Positions 20,396 through 30,319 of a stretch of DNA of 48,188 nt are shown here, piece by piece. Position 1 is the first letter of the stretch. Each line of letters begins with the position of its first letter. The stretch covers positions 1 through 48,188 of the forward strand of contig JACPBO010000005.1 of assembly GCA_016180285.1 (NCBI GenBank), written 5' to 3'. This DNA comes from Candidatus Woesearchaeota archaeon (GTDB lineage: Archaea; Nanobdellota; Nanobdellia; Woesearchaeales; JACPBO01). Both the position numbers and the translations under genes were made by a program. The notes under the pieces were generated by a model. The model saw only the letters and a program-made list of their open reading frames with translations. It did not search any database and was not told the origin of the DNA.

Positions 20396-20498
20396 GGCCG
20401 TATGCCTTTGAGCTTGCTTATTAATATTGTGCATAATTATGATACAGTGCTGTTTCAAAACGAAACATTTATATACGCGCTGTTATTACCAATATCGC

Positions 20499-20831
20499 AT
20501 GGAAACAACACTATTTGTAAAGTTCCTTGGAGATTCGCCAAAGATCAAAGTACTGGATATGCTAATAACGGGCAGGGGATTGGAATACAGCATATCCGAC
20601 ATCGCAGAGCAGGCCGGAATAGGAAGAGCCACATTTTACAGGATGATGGATGAGCTGTTAAAAAACAAAATAATAGTTGCTGCAAGGAAATTCGGCAATA
20701 TGCAGCTTTACAGGTTAAACCTAAACAATGAATTTGTAAAGTCGCTTCTTGAATTGTATGATCGTGTTATGAAAGTTGCTTCTGATAAGGAAATTGACAG
20801 GCAGAAAAAGCCACTTATGGTTTCAGCATAA
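20499..20831 (+). CDS. Winged HTH transcription regulator
   Basis: FLGDSPKIKVLD...YSISDIAEQAGIGRAT...LYRLN. BRE/TATA (CGAAACATTTATATA) ends about 23 nt before ATG 20499. Confidence 0.85.
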   Translation: METTLFVKFLGDSPKIKVLDMLITGRGLEYSISDIAEQAGIGRATFYRMMDELLKNKIIVAARKFGNMQLYRLNLNNEFVKSLLELYDRVMKVASDKEIDRQKKPLMVSA

Positions 20832-20844
20832 AAGCCAAAGGTGT

Positions 20845-22317
20845 TTATCCAACAATCTCCCCAACAACGCTTCTGAGCATATGGCCGGTTATTTTCACAG
20901 TATAGAATTTGTTTAATTCAAATCTCCCTTTTATTCCTACAATAAGAGGATAAGTTCCAATTTGCCTTGCAAATGTTGTATTGCCGTCATAGACTTCTGC
21001 TCTTACATCCTTTAAGATTGTTCCTATGGGCACTAGCTTCTGCAGCATTGGAAAATCAATAGTCTGCCTTATCTCATTGCGCCATTTCCAGTAATATTTT
21101 TTGTTCTTTTTCATGAATTTGTTTTTCGCTGTATCGTATAAGTCAGTTCCTTCAAATATTGCAGCCTGCCTTATGTTGATCCTCCTCAGCAGCAATCCTT
21201 CATTCAATATTTTTTTAAGGTAAAACATATTCTTTTCATGCGTTTCTTTTGACTCGCCTTTCAATCCGAATAATAAATTTATTCCGGGCAGAAATTTGGG
21301 CATTCCATTATCGCCTTTTTCAGAGCCGTATTTATTCAGGATCCTTATTGCTTCCAATGCCTGCTCTGCTGCGCAGTTAAGGCAGTTTTCCTCGTAAACA
21401 ACTGGATCAAAGCTTTCGACTCCAAAAGCCGCTACATTGCCTGCTGTGCAGTATCTCGCTATTGCATTTGTTATTTCCCCGCCTTTTTTTGATAATGCCA
21501 TAACAGGATTTACATTATCAATATGCAAAACTTCAATTTTCGGGAATTTTTCCCTTATTTCTTTAAGCAGCTCAATTGCATAAGGATAGCTGTAAAAGCA
21601 GCTTTGCTTCCCTATCCTGAAATACCTGCATCCTAAATCGTAAAATGCCCCAATCTCTGTTATAATGTCTTCCTTGTTTCTGAATTCTAAGGTGTGTTTT
21701 ATAGGCTCTGTGCAGAACGAGCAGCCCTTTTTTCTCGGGCAGCCATGCGATGTTTCGATTTCAATGACTCTTAAATCAGGAATCTGCTTTATTATTTCTG
21801 CTCCTTTAACTGCATATTCCTTTATTTCATCATATTTGAAGTTGAATGGCTCTATTTTGCTGAAAATTTTTAAATCTGTTTTTTCAGAGAATTTTCCGCC
21901 TTCCAGCTGAGTGCCGAAAACTGCCGGTCCTGTGAGGATTTTTTCAAAGCTGTAATCTCTGATTAGACCTGAAACTTCTTTTAAAGTTCCCGGCAATGCA
22001 GAGAGATATTTCCCTGGCGTGTGGACGCCAAGGATTATTATTAATTTCACTGTATTTTCCAGGATATTTTTAATGTTAGCATGGTTTTTTGTCAAATTAT
22101 AAATTTTAATGTTTGTTTTTCTGCTGATTTCTTTTTTCTTTTCATCCAAACTGTAATATTTAAAAAATCTTAGATCGTCTATCGTTATATAGGCCAGATC
22201 AGAACCAGTATTGTTTGAAATAAAATGGCCTGCAATATACCTTGGATAAGTTCCCAAATAAGGCGGAACTCCCAGGCCAGAAGGCTCATCTGTATAGCAG
22301 TCTAAGATTGTTATCAT
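20845..22317 (-). CDS. Radical SAM protein (COG1031-like) with a TRAM-like C-terminus
   Basis: ILDCYTDEPSGLGVPPY; CPRKKGCSFC; HIDNVNP; RRINIRQ; RQIGTYP. Confidence 0.88.
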   Translation of the reverse strand: MITILDCYTDEPSGLGVPPYLGTYPRYIAGHFISNNTGSDLAYITIDDLRFFKYYSLDEKKKEISRKTNIKIYNLTKNHANIKNILENTVKLIIILGVHTPGKYLSALPGTLKEVSGLIRDYSFEKILTGPAVFGTQLEGGKFSEKTDLKIFSKIEPFNFKYDEIKEYAVKGAEIIKQIPDLRVIEIETSHGCPRKKGCSFCTEPIKHTLEFRNKEDIITEIGAFYDLGCRYFRIGKQSCFYSYPYAIELLKEIREKFPKIEVLHIDNVNPVMALSKKGGEITNAIARYCTAGNVAAFGVESFDPVVYEENCLNCAAEQALEAIRILNKYGSEKGDNGMPKFLPGINLLFGLKGESKETHEKNMFYLKKILNEGLLLRRINIRQAAIFEGTDLYDTAKNKFMKKNKKYYWKWRNEIRQTIDFPMLQKLVPIGTILKDVRAEVYDGNTTFARQIGTYPLIVGIKGRFELNKFYTVKITGHMLRSVVGEIVG

Positions 22318-22368
22318 GCATCCAGAATAATGGCAAGGTTTATAAATATTTAGTGCTAATATGCGCTT

Positions 22369-22773
22369 ATGATTGATGCGAATGCTGTTAAGATAATTAT
22401 TACAGGAATTGCTGCTTGGTTTATAGCTCAGTTAATCAAAGTAATTATTGCTTCTGTTAAGGAGAAGAAGTTTAAGCCGGAATTTTTCATCGGATTGGGA
22501 GGAATGCCCAGCGCGCATGCTGCATTTGTTTCTGCAATCACAGCAGCAATATATTTATTGCAGGGCGTTTCAGTCCTTTTTGCGGTTTCTCTTGCATTTT
22601 TGATTATTGTATTACGAGATGCAGTTGGAGTCAGAAGAGAAGTCGGAAGGCATGCTGAAATATTGAATAAGCTGAACAAAGCAAAAAAACTTGACGAGAA
22701 AGTCGGGCATAATTTATGGGACGTGTTGGCGGGGATTGCTATTGGGATTGTTGTTGCGGTGATCCTTACTTAA
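22369..22773 (+). CDS. Divergent PAP2 family protein (DUF212-like)
   Basis: AQLIK, GGMPSAH, DAVGVRR and VGH motifs. Confidence 0.9.
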   Translation: MIDANAVKIIITGIAAWFIAQLIKVIIASVKEKKFKPEFFIGLGGMPSAHAAFVSAITAAIYLLQGVSVLFAVSLAFLIIVLRDAVGVRREVGRHAEILNKLNKAKKLDEKVGHNLWDVLAGIAIGIVVAVILT

Positions 22774-22784
22774 CGAATTATGAT

Positions 22785-23462
22785 TTAAGCATTTTTTTGC
22801 TGGTCTCTTTTATGAAGAGCAAACCTTGCAAGAAAAATGCTTGCCATATGCCTAATTTCATTATCAGAAACTGCCTTAGAATATCGCACTAACATCACAG
22901 AATAAGCTTTGGCTTCTTCTTGTATTATATCTGCAAGCCTCTTATAATTCTTTTTCCAAGGCTCTCTTTTGCTCTCCGTTATTACGGCTTCACAATCAAT
23001 ATCTATAAAGTCAATTTCGTCATATTGTCCCATCTTTAAATTAGGAAATTCCATTGTTCGCATATAAAATTCATCTCCTTCTTTTATAAACACCTTCGCA
23101 TTTGGTTTTTCAGGCATGCTCCACATTGTATAATCTGGCTGATTAGAAGTCGTTTCATAAAACTCAAACAATTTTCTTTGCTTCATAGCATCCGTACCGA
23201 TTTTTTTCAGCTCATTCATGCTCCACTCAAGAATAGAAGTTTCGTAGAGTGAAAATTCCTTAGCTTCAGAACAATATTGTATAAAAACTGAACAAACTTT
23301 GTTGCACACTTCCTTAACATCAAACTCCGCCCCATCTAGTATTGTTTTTTCTATACTCTTGGCAGCATCCTTTATTTTTTCTACAGCGTTACACAATCTT
23401 TCAGGGTAACCTGATGTTTTCAATACATTCAATAAGTCCTCTAAAGTTGGTTCATTCTCCAT
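22785..23462 (-). CDS. Hypothetical protein
   Basis: 225-aa ORF with an upstream TATA; no recognised motif. Confidence 0.6.
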   Translation of the reverse strand: MENEPTLEDLLNVLKTSGYPERLCNAVEKIKDAAKSIEKTILDGAEFDVKEVCNKVCSVFIQYCSEAKEFSLYETSILEWSMNELKKIGTDAMKQRKLFEFYETTSNQPDYTMWSMPEKPNAKVFIKEGDEFYMRTMEFPNLKMGQYDEIDFIDIDCEAVITESKREPWKKNYKRLADIIQEEAKAYSVMLVRYSKAVSDNEIRHMASIFLARFALHKRDQQKNA

Positions 23463-23523
23463 TTTAACTATTCGTTTATGGCAATACGTAATCCTTTATA
23501 AATCTTTCTATTTGTTACTACTG

Positions 23524-23973
23524 TTAAATAAAAAACAAAACACCTGCTATCAAAATAAAAACTGCCATTTTCAGAATGTTTTTTACTCTTTCTTTAGTTA
23601 TCAAAGATCCGCTCGGCAATCCATAAAGGAAGATCAAAGACGCTTCCAAAGAGAACAGATTAATGCTTTTTGAGGACAAATAAAAGATTATGGCGAATAT
23701 TGAGTAGATCACCATATCGGCGTATTTCATGGAATTCTTAAAATAAAAAAGCAGTAAAAAAACAGCCAATAGAACAGGCACGATAACAAATATATTTAAT
23801 TCATAGAATTCAAATATAAAGAATAAAATCAAAACAGCCAGAAAATCCTGCATCAATGAGAAATATCTTCTTCCTGCTTTCAGCTCTTCTTTCGCCATGT
23901 TCGCGATTACTGCGCCAGCTATCAGCCCTAAAAAGCTTACGATCAATATTGAAAAATATATTATTGCGTTCAT
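23524..23973 (-). CDS. Small membrane protein
   Basis: 149 aa, hydrophobic; AKEELKAG and FLYGLPSG; AGGAG SD. Confidence 0.7.
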   Translation of the reverse strand: MNAIIYFSILIVSFLGLIAGAVIANMAKEELKAGRRYFSLMQDFLAVLILFFIFEFYELNIFVIVPVLLAVFLLLFYFKNSMKYADMVIYSIFAIIFYLSSKSINLFSLEASLIFLYGLPSGSLITKERVKNILKMAVFILIAGVLFFI

Positions 23974-24123
23974 TTGCTATAACTCCTTTTTTATTCTGTT
24001 GCACATTAATGACTAACTCATATAAATAGTTTTAGTTTTATGCATTGCAGAAAAATTAAGTGTGTAATAGATTACAAAATAATCTTTTTAATTGATTATT
24101 GGTTTATATATTACAGAACCATT

Positions 24124-25470
24124 CTAGAGACTTGCCCTTTTCCAATGCCCTCTGGCGAACAAAAACATATTTGCCAGCCCGCCGTATATTGCTGACATTA
24201 ACATTGCGATCCACACGCCTATCAGGCCGAAGCCGAGCTTTACCGCCATTAAGTATGCAAGAGGGACTGCAAATACAAGCCATGCGCTGATATTTACAAT
24301 CGCAGGCGCAATTACTTTGCCGCTGCCCTGAAATGCGCCGCTCATGACAAACTGAAATCCTTTGAATATGTAGGAAAGCGAGATAATGCGGAAATACCAA
24401 AAGCCGATTTTTATAATTTCAGGGTCGCTTGTAAATATCCTTATCCAGATTCCAGGATTTATAAAAAACAACAATCCGATAAAGAGCATGAAAATGCTTA
24501 TTAGAACAGCGGCAACCCATGCTGTTTTTTCCGCCCGGTATATTTTTTTAGCGCCTATGTTCTGGCCGACCATTGTCAGAACAGCTGTTGTTAAGGCAAT
24601 TGCGGGCATTATCGCTATTGCATCCATTCTGATGCCGATGCCATAGGCGGCTATTGCATAGGTTCCATAAATGCTGACGATTCTCATGAGAAACATGAAT
24701 CCTATGGATGTAAACACGTTGGAAAGCGAACTTGGCACGCCTATTGAAAGAGTTTTCCTTATTATAGAGAAATCAAATTTAAAATCCCTAATGTTAAGCC
24801 TTATAACGCTTCTTTTTTTCAATATATGGCGAAGCAATATGACGCAGCTTATAAACTGCGCGAATACTGTAGCAATGGCAGCTCCGGCAACGCCCATTTC
24901 AGGCAATCCGGCAATGCCAAAAATCAGGAATGGGTCAAGAATAAAGTTAACCATGGTTGTAAAAAACAGCACTTTTGTCGGTGTTTTTGTATCGCCTTCT
25001 GCCCTTAATACTGCGCTTAATGTCATGTATAGGAATGCAAAAACAGACCCGGAAAAAATTATCCTGGCATAAGCCAACGTCATGCTGAATATTTCCGGTG
25101 TTGCGCCGAGCAGCCTGAATAAAGGAACAGCAGAAATTATGCCTGCTGCTGTAATCAAAATTCCAAAAAAAAGCGAAATCAGAATAGAATGCTCAGCGGC
25201 ATTGTCTGCTTCCTTGTTTTTCTTTGCACCGAGATAGCGGGCTACAAGAGATGCTGTGCCTGTTGAAATTCCTGCGCTTAAAGCGATTATTATGAAAAAA
25301 ACAGGAAACACCATTGAAGTGGCAGCAACTCCCAAAGTGCTATATCTCCCAATCCATATCGTATCTACGACATTGTAAAAGGCATTGAGAAGCACTCCGA
25401 TAAAAGCAGGCCAGGCAAGAAAAACAAGAGTTTTCAGGATATTGCCTTTTGTCAGATCGAGCCTGCTCAT
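24124..25470 (-). CDS. MATE family efflux transporter
   Basis: DLTKG...LAWP...YNVVDT; RAEGDTKTP; NFILDP; GQNIGA; about 12 TM segments. Confidence 0.95.
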   Translation of the reverse strand: MSRLDLTKGNILKTLVFLAWPAFIGVLLNAFYNVVDTIWIGRYSTLGVAATSMVFPVFFIIIALSAGISTGTASLVARYLGAKKNKEADNAAEHSILISLFFGILITAAGIISAVPLFRLLGATPEIFSMTLAYARIIFSGSVFAFLYMTLSAVLRAEGDTKTPTKVLFFTTMVNFILDPFLIFGIAGLPEMGVAGAAIATVFAQFISCVILLRHILKKRSVIRLNIRDFKFDFSIIRKTLSIGVPSSLSNVFTSIGFMFLMRIVSIYGTYAIAAYGIGIRMDAIAIMPAIALTTAVLTMVGQNIGAKKIYRAEKTAWVAAVLISIFMLFIGLLFFINPGIWIRIFTSDPEIIKIGFWYFRIISLSYIFKGFQFVMSGAFQGSGKVIAPAIVNISAWLVFAVPLAYLMAVKLGFGLIGVWIAMLMSAIYGGLANMFLFARGHWKRASL

Positions 25471-25718
25471 CTGAACTTAGAATGCCCCCACTGTATGAGA
25501 AGATCAACCCCCAGCTTTTCAACATGCTCTGGAACATCGCAGGCGCCGAAGCAGGAATTGAGCCAGATCAGTGCCTTTGCCTTTATGTTTTTCTCCACTG
25601 CTTCCTTTATTTCATCTGCCCTCGGCTTCAGGCCGTCTGGCAATTGAATGCAGACTAGCTTTGCTTTCTGCTTTTTTATTTCGGCGATTGCCCTGTCAAG
25701 CTCCAGATCATAATCCAT
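25467..25718 (-). CDS. dph2: Dph2-like diphthamide synthesis protein, N-terminal domain only (83 aa)
   Basis: IQLPDGLK, CFGACD and QWGH motifs. Confidence 0.85.
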   Translation of the reverse strand: MDYDLELDRAIAEIKKQKAKLVCIQLPDGLKPRADEIKEAVEKNIKAKALIWLNSCFGACDVPEHVEKLGVDLLIQWGHSKFR

Positions 25719-25784
25719 GGCAAATAAAGAAATAGGTTTGTTTTTAAAGGTTTTTATTTTTAAGCCAAATGCGCATATTTCGTT

Positions 25785-26252
25785 TTAACTGAAAAATAAT
25801 TTTGGTGTTTTAAATGCGCTCCTTTCTTCATGCACGCTTTTGATTTCAACTTCGCCACACACCAATTCGATTCCGCAATATTCAGCGCATGTGATAATTA
25901 TTTCATTAACTCCATTAATGTAACTAGTTAAAATTTCTGATTTATTTTTTTCCTTGGCTTTTTTGCTAAGCACAATACTGATTGAGCCGCTGTCTTTTGC
26001 ACAAGGATCATAATTAAAAAGATTTATTGTAGCTAATTTATCCTCAAATGCATCAGCTAAGTTAGTTGATGTGGGGCCTCCATATTTTAATTTTAACTCA
26101 TTTTTAATTTTTTCATAAAATTCAGAAATATCTGCACCTTTCTCCAAGTTCAGAGTTATATCTGATTGGCTTTTTTCACTAACTGCTTCATATATTGTTT
26201 TACGCTCATAACAACAAACTACATTGTGCACGGAAAGTTTTTTTCCTTCCAT
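25785..26252 (-). CDS. Hypothetical protein
   Basis: 155-aa ORF; last gene of a tightly packed run. Confidence 0.55.
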   Translation of the reverse strand: MEGKKLSVHNVVCCYERKTIYEAVSEKSQSDITLNLEKGADISEFYEKIKNELKLKYGGPTSTNLADAFEDKLATINLFNYDPCAKDSGSISIVLSKKAKEKNKSEILTSYINGVNEIIITCAEYCGIELVCGEVEIKSVHEERSAFKTPKLFFS

Positions 26253-26254
26253 TT

Positions 26255-26713
26255 TTATCTCTTTAAGAAATAAAGTTTGTTTTTGCCTTTTGCTTCTCTT
26301 ATTTTTGCGTCTAATAATGATTCTATTGTTGCATCATCAAAATCTGGATAATATGATTTAAGATTTCCAACTATCTCTCCAACATCTTCCTTGAAAGAGT
26401 CTACTTTTAACCATGTTGGATATGGTTCTTGACGTATGATTTTGATAAGGTATGTATTTTTATACAATTTAGTTTTTATATCTATTTCCTCGTCAGTTAC
26501 CCCAAAAAAATAATTGCTCTGTAACTGGCGGTTATGGGAAAAAGAAATACAATTAGGCTTCAAAAATTTATTTTCAAAATTAAATCGCTGAATTAAATTA
26601 AACTTTTCAGATTTAAGTCTTATATCTATTTGGGCAGATCTTCCTTCGAGATCAAGATTTATAGAATACTTGCCTTGAGCATCTTCTCCAGTTGCAGCTA
26701 TATTTTTTATCAT
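26255..26713 (-). CDS. Hypothetical protein
   Basis: 152-aa ORF; TAATG overlap with the upstream small ORF. Confidence 0.55.
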   Translation of the reverse strand: MIKNIAATGEDAQGKYSINLDLEGRSAQIDIRLKSEKFNLIQRFNFENKFLKPNCISFSHNRQLQSNYFFGVTDEEIDIKTKLYKNTYLIKIIRQEPYPTWLKVDSFKEDVGEIVGNLKSYYPDFDDATIESLLDAKIREAKGKNKLYFLKR

Positions 26714-26859
26714 TATTCCCCTGCAAACAAGTCATCTAATTCGTACTTGCTTACTTTCTTCTTGTTCAGGACGCTCATGACAGGCTTCTTGGACCTGCCT
26801 CCAGTAACTTCGTCGAACATGAAATCTTCATCGTCCTCGAAATCAGATTCTTCTTTCAT
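26713..26859 (-). CDS. 48-aa acidic/basic small protein (not in the ORF track)
   Basis: MKEESDFEDDEDFMFDEVTGGRSKKPVMSVLNKKKVSKYELDDLFAGE. Overlaps both neighbours (ATGA and TAATG). Confidence 0.7.
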   Translation of the reverse strand: MKEESDFEDDEDFMFDEVTGGRSKKPVMSVLNKKKVSKYELDDLFAGE

Positions 26860-27311
26860 TTTCCTGTTAATCCCTCTAAATCTGGTTTCGGTATTTCAGG
26901 GCCTAAGCCGTAATAAGTTCTGTCTGACCTTACTGAATTTGTTTTAGCCAATGTTTCATTATTCAGATCATAAAGTATTTTTGTCAGCAATTCATGGTTA
27001 TACCCTTTTTTGCCTACTTTTAAGGAATCATCAACTAAACCGAGAGGCGTTTTTGCTGTTTTTCGTTCAACTGAGAAATAATGAATGCCTGTCAATGTTG
27101 TGATCTTCACATACAGATCTTTTTCCTCTTTGTTTTTATAAATTCTATAAGGTAGTGATTGATGTTCAGCTATTCTATCAAGTGTAAGAGCGCTTTGTTT
27201 ACGTACTGCATTAATAGCTACAACTGCCGATACAACAGCAAGTCCAAAGCACGCATATATTAAATGCACTTTTATATTATTAATCCAATCTTTTCTTTCT
27301 TCATCATTCAT
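26856..27311 (-). CDS. Hypothetical protein with one N-terminal TM helix
   Basis: GAGGTG SD; hydrophobic segment at about aa 15-35. Confidence 0.6.
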   Translation of the reverse strand: MNDEERKDWINNIKVHLIYACFGLAVVSAVVAINAVRKQSALTLDRIAEHQSLPYRIYKNKEEKDLYVKITTLTGIHYFSVERKTAKTPLGLVDDSLKVGKKGYNHELLTKILYDLNNETLAKTNSVRSDRTYYGLGPEIPKPDLEGLTGK

Positions 27312-27396
27312 ATTTTATCCACCTCAACGTAAAAAACAAGGTTAGAGCTAGTATTTAAATCTTTCGGTTTTGTCACTACTGTTAAATTACTATGAA

Positions 27397-27699
27397 CTAA
27401 GATTTATACGGAAATCTCATATATCTCTTGCACTCAAGGCAGTAATAGATCAACTTTCCTCTTTGCAGCCTGATCCTGCAGTTCATGCCTGGCTTAAGAA
27501 AAGAATAGCAGTGCTTGCAGAAGCTCTTTTGCAGCCTTGAGGGCACCTTCAACCTTGACTTCATCGCCAGATTGCGGGCTTTCCTGACGAGATCATTGGC
27601 TTTGCTTTTATTTTTTTTAAAAGCATCTGCCGCTTCCACGAACATCTGCCCGATTTCCTTTATTACTTCTGATCTTGGTTTTTTGTCTTTTTTAGCCAT
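27397..27699 (-). CDS. rnp4: RNase P protein component 4 (Rpp21)
   Basis: FCKHCYSFLKPG...RIR...CLEC...RFPY. Confidence 0.93.
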   Translation of the reverse strand: MAKKDKKPRSEVIKEIGQMFVEAADAFKKNKSKANDLVRKARNLAMKSRLKVPSRLQKSFCKHCYSFLKPGMNCRIRLQRGKLIYYCLECKRYMRFPYKS

Positions 27700-27751
27700 A
27701 TTGCAGTATAAAACAGAAAAGTATTTAATAAATTTGCTATTACTCTCACGT

Positions 27752-29005
27752 ATGGGGTTTTTTCAAAGATTGTTTTCTTTCGGAAAGAAGGCTGAGCTCG
27801 AGGAAGTAAGGCTGGAAGAAGCTGAGAATTGGCTAGACCAAAAGATAAGCGAAAGATTTGGTAATTTCAATAATTCGATAATGACCTTATTCTCCGATAT
27901 AAAAAGCAAGAAAGAGGAGCTTAAAACAAATATGACGGAGCTTGAAAAAGCCCAGCTGATGAACCCGAATATTCCTCTAAAGGCAAAAGAAGTGATGGAA
28001 GGCAACAGGGGAGCTTACATAAGAAAGCTGGGATATTTCCTAGAGCAGCTTGCCCTTCCCAATGAAAAGGAGTATGAGAATATCCTGGACTTCAGCAGCA
28101 ATTTTTCAAGCAGCCTGAATGAATTCGGAAAGAACACCTCAAAGAATTTTTATGTTTTAAATGAGTTTTTTGCAACTGATGTGAAGAAAATAGCCCAGAA
28201 TGTAAAGGAATTTGAGCTGATTGTAAATGACTTAAGAAAGCAGGTGGAAAGAGGGCCGATTGGATTTGGCATGATAAAGGGCGAATTGAAGAACATCAAG
28301 GAAAAAATAAAGCTTAAAAAGGAACTGAATGAAAAAATAAAAGCCATTGAAATCGAAATTGAAAATATAAAAAACAAAATAAAAAATACTGAAGAAGAAT
28401 TAAATGCAAAGCAGGAAAATAATGAATTTAGGGCTTATAAAGCGCTTGAAAAGGAAAAAGACAGGATTTCAGCCAGGATAAAAGAGCATAAAGCCAATTT
28501 CCTGAACATATTCGGCACATTTGAAAAGGCGCTTAAGAAATACGAGAGAATGGCAATGGATGAAGCGATTGCGCATGGTTACTTAGCCGACCCCATAAAC
28601 ACATTAATCAAGGATGAAGAATTCAGGGTATTGGAATTATTGGGAAAATTAAGTGAAAATATTGATGGACTAGACCTCAAGGAAGACAAGAAAAAAAGAA
28701 CTTTGGAGCTTATTAAAAAACTAGACAGGGATTTCTTTGAAAAGTTTTTGATTGAGCTTGAGGACCTTGAAAACTCGGCAAAGATGTTTGATGAAAAGAT
28801 AAAAGCAGCAACTGTAATGAAGGAGCATGCCGAATTAAAAGACAAGTTAAATGAATTCCAATATGGGCTGCAGAAATTTCAAAGAGAGCATTCGCTAATG
28901 AGGGAAAAAGAGCAGGATATTGATATCGAGGGGTTTAAGAATTATCTTGAAAGAGAAATAAAAAGGGTCATTGGGCTGGGTGTAAGAGTCGTTCATGAGC
29001 TGTAA
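27752..29005 (+). CDS. Coiled-coil hypothetical protein
   Basis: Start MGFFQRLF at 27752, because the longer ORF overlaps rnp4. E/K-rich heptads; no Walker motifs. Confidence 0.7.
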   Translation: MGFFQRLFSFGKKAELEEVRLEEAENWLDQKISERFGNFNNSIMTLFSDIKSKKEELKTNMTELEKAQLMNPNIPLKAKEVMEGNRGAYIRKLGYFLEQLALPNEKEYENILDFSSNFSSSLNEFGKNTSKNFYVLNEFFATDVKKIAQNVKEFELIVNDLRKQVERGPIGFGMIKGELKNIKEKIKLKKELNEKIKAIEIEIENIKNKIKNTEEELNAKQENNEFRAYKALEKEKDRISARIKEHKANFLNIFGTFEKALKKYERMAMDEAIAHGYLADPINTLIKDEEFRVLELLGKLSENIDGLDLKEDKKKRTLELIKKLDRDFFEKFLIELEDLENSAKMFDEKIKAATVMKEHAELKDKLNEFQYGLQKFQREHSLMREKEQDIDIEGFKNYLEREIKRVIGLGVRVVHEL

Positions 29006-30135
29006 AGCGCGGCTTTTAATTTAGCGATGATGTCTTCGCTGTTTTCTATGCCTGGCGAGAGCCTGAACAGATTGTCCTTGATCCCGATTTCTGCCCTTTG
29101 CTTTTTCGTCAAGTAAGCATGGCTCATTGTAGCCGGGTGCGTTAATAATGATTCAACTCCGCCAAGGGATTCTGCAAGATAAATAGGAGGCGCATTATCT
29201 GCTATGTTTTTTGCGAATTTTTTATAATCTCCTTTGACTTCAAAAGACACAACCCCTCCAAATCCTTTCATCTGCTTTTTTGCAGTTTCATGCCCGGGAT
29301 GAGAAGTTAAGCCAGGATAATAAACTCTTGAAACATCGGCATTCCCGGCTAAAAATTCAGCGATTATCTGGGCGTTTTCGCAGTGCTTCTTCACTCTCAA
29401 TGCAAGGGTTTTTATTCCCCTTATCGTGTTGTAAACATCATAAGGCGATGGCGTTGCTCCAAGTGTTTTGGCGTAAAGCTTAAGATTTTCAGCCAATCCT
29501 TTGTTTCTTGTTACAATAACCCCGCCGACAAGATCATTATGCCCTCCGAGATATTTGCTTGTTGAGTGGATTATTGTTTCCGCGCCATATTCAAAAGGCC
29601 GCAATAAACATGGAGTTGCAAAAGTGTTGTCAACAATAAATGGAACGCCTGCTGAAGATGAAATATCCTTGATTGCTTCCAGATCAACAATCTCGAGCAG
29701 AGGATTAGTCGGAGTTTCTATGAAAATGTATTTTGTATTCTGCTTTATGGCTTTTTTCAGGCTTTTTGTATTGATAGGATCAACAAAGTCAATCTCCAGA
29801 AACTTTGACAGTATGAGGTCGCACAACCTGATTGATCCTGCGTATAGTTTTTTGCTGAAAACAACATGATCCCCTCTGCCCAATGTCTGGAATACGCAGT
29901 TTATTGCAGCAATTCCTGAAGAGAATGCAAATGCATTACTTCCTCCTTCAAGCTCTGCAACTGTCTTTTCCAATGTCTCCCTTGTAGGATTTTGGGTTCT
30001 GCAGTATTCTATCTTTATCGGGTCTTCTATTCCCCTGAACGCGCCGTTCTTTGCGGTTATTATTGGGGTGGCGATTGCGCCTGTCTGCGGATCACAGCCG
30101 CCAGCGCCATGGACTGCAATTGTTTCGATGTTCAT
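28993..30135 (-). CDS. Cys/Met metabolism PLP enzyme (cystathionine gamma-synthase/lyase, MetB/MetC-like)
   Basis: YCRTQNPT, FSSGIAA, ETPTNP, DNTF, HSTSKYLGGH, AESLGGVESL; GGTGA SD. Confidence 0.95.
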   Translation of the reverse strand: MNIETIAVHGAGGCDPQTGAIATPIITAKNGAFRGIEDPIKIEYCRTQNPTRETLEKTVAELEGGSNAFAFSSGIAAINCVFQTLGRGDHVVFSKKLYAGSIRLCDLILSKFLEIDFVDPINTKSLKKAIKQNTKYIFIETPTNPLLEIVDLEAIKDISSSAGVPFIVDNTFATPCLLRPFEYGAETIIHSTSKYLGGHNDLVGGVIVTRNKGLAENLKLYAKTLGATPSPYDVYNTIRGIKTLALRVKKHCENAQIIAEFLAGNADVSRVYYPGLTSHPGHETAKKQMKGFGGVVSFEVKGDYKKFAKNIADNAPPIYLAESLGGVESLLTHPATMSHAYLTKKQRAEIGIKDNLFRLSPGIENSEDIIAKLKAALYSS

Positions 30136-30140
30136 TTTTT

Positions 30141-30228
30141 AATCACCTTTGTTAATTTTTATTTTATATTTTGAAAAAATAAATTTTGAAGAAAAAAATA
30201 AAAATCATGAAAAAAGATAAAAACAATG
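30141..30228 (-). terminator. U-rich tracts between the leader ORF and the metB-like gene (possible attenuator)
   Basis: Several T5-T7 runs on the minus strand, after a small GATGC-N6-GCATC stem that spans the leader stop codon. Confidence 0.4.
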
Positions 30229-30235
30229 AGATGCT

Positions 30236-30319
30236 TTAACGCATCAGCATAAGCATAGAACTATCAAGAGCAGAATGGATCGAATGTATATTTGTTTTTT
30301 TGTTATTAATATTGGTCAT
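30236..30319 (-). CDS. Putative Met-rich leader peptide (27 aa)
   Basis: MTNINNKKTNIHSIHSALDSSMLMLMR-stop. TTTAAATA box at 30341-30348 with leaderless spacing; ends 100 nt upstream of the metB-like gene. Confidence 0.65.
   Translation of the reverse strand: MTNINNKKTNIHSIHSALDSSMLMLMR

Noticed and set aside
27515..27751. N-terminal extensions in the ORF track (27515, 12573, 41604, 44161, 47506, 20427)
   Set aside because: They overlap neighbouring genes or promoters. Downstream ATGs fit TATA spacing, gene overlaps or signal peptides better.
27752..29005. Coiled-coil protein as an SMC/Rad50 ATPase
   Set aside because: No Walker A/B or signature motif.
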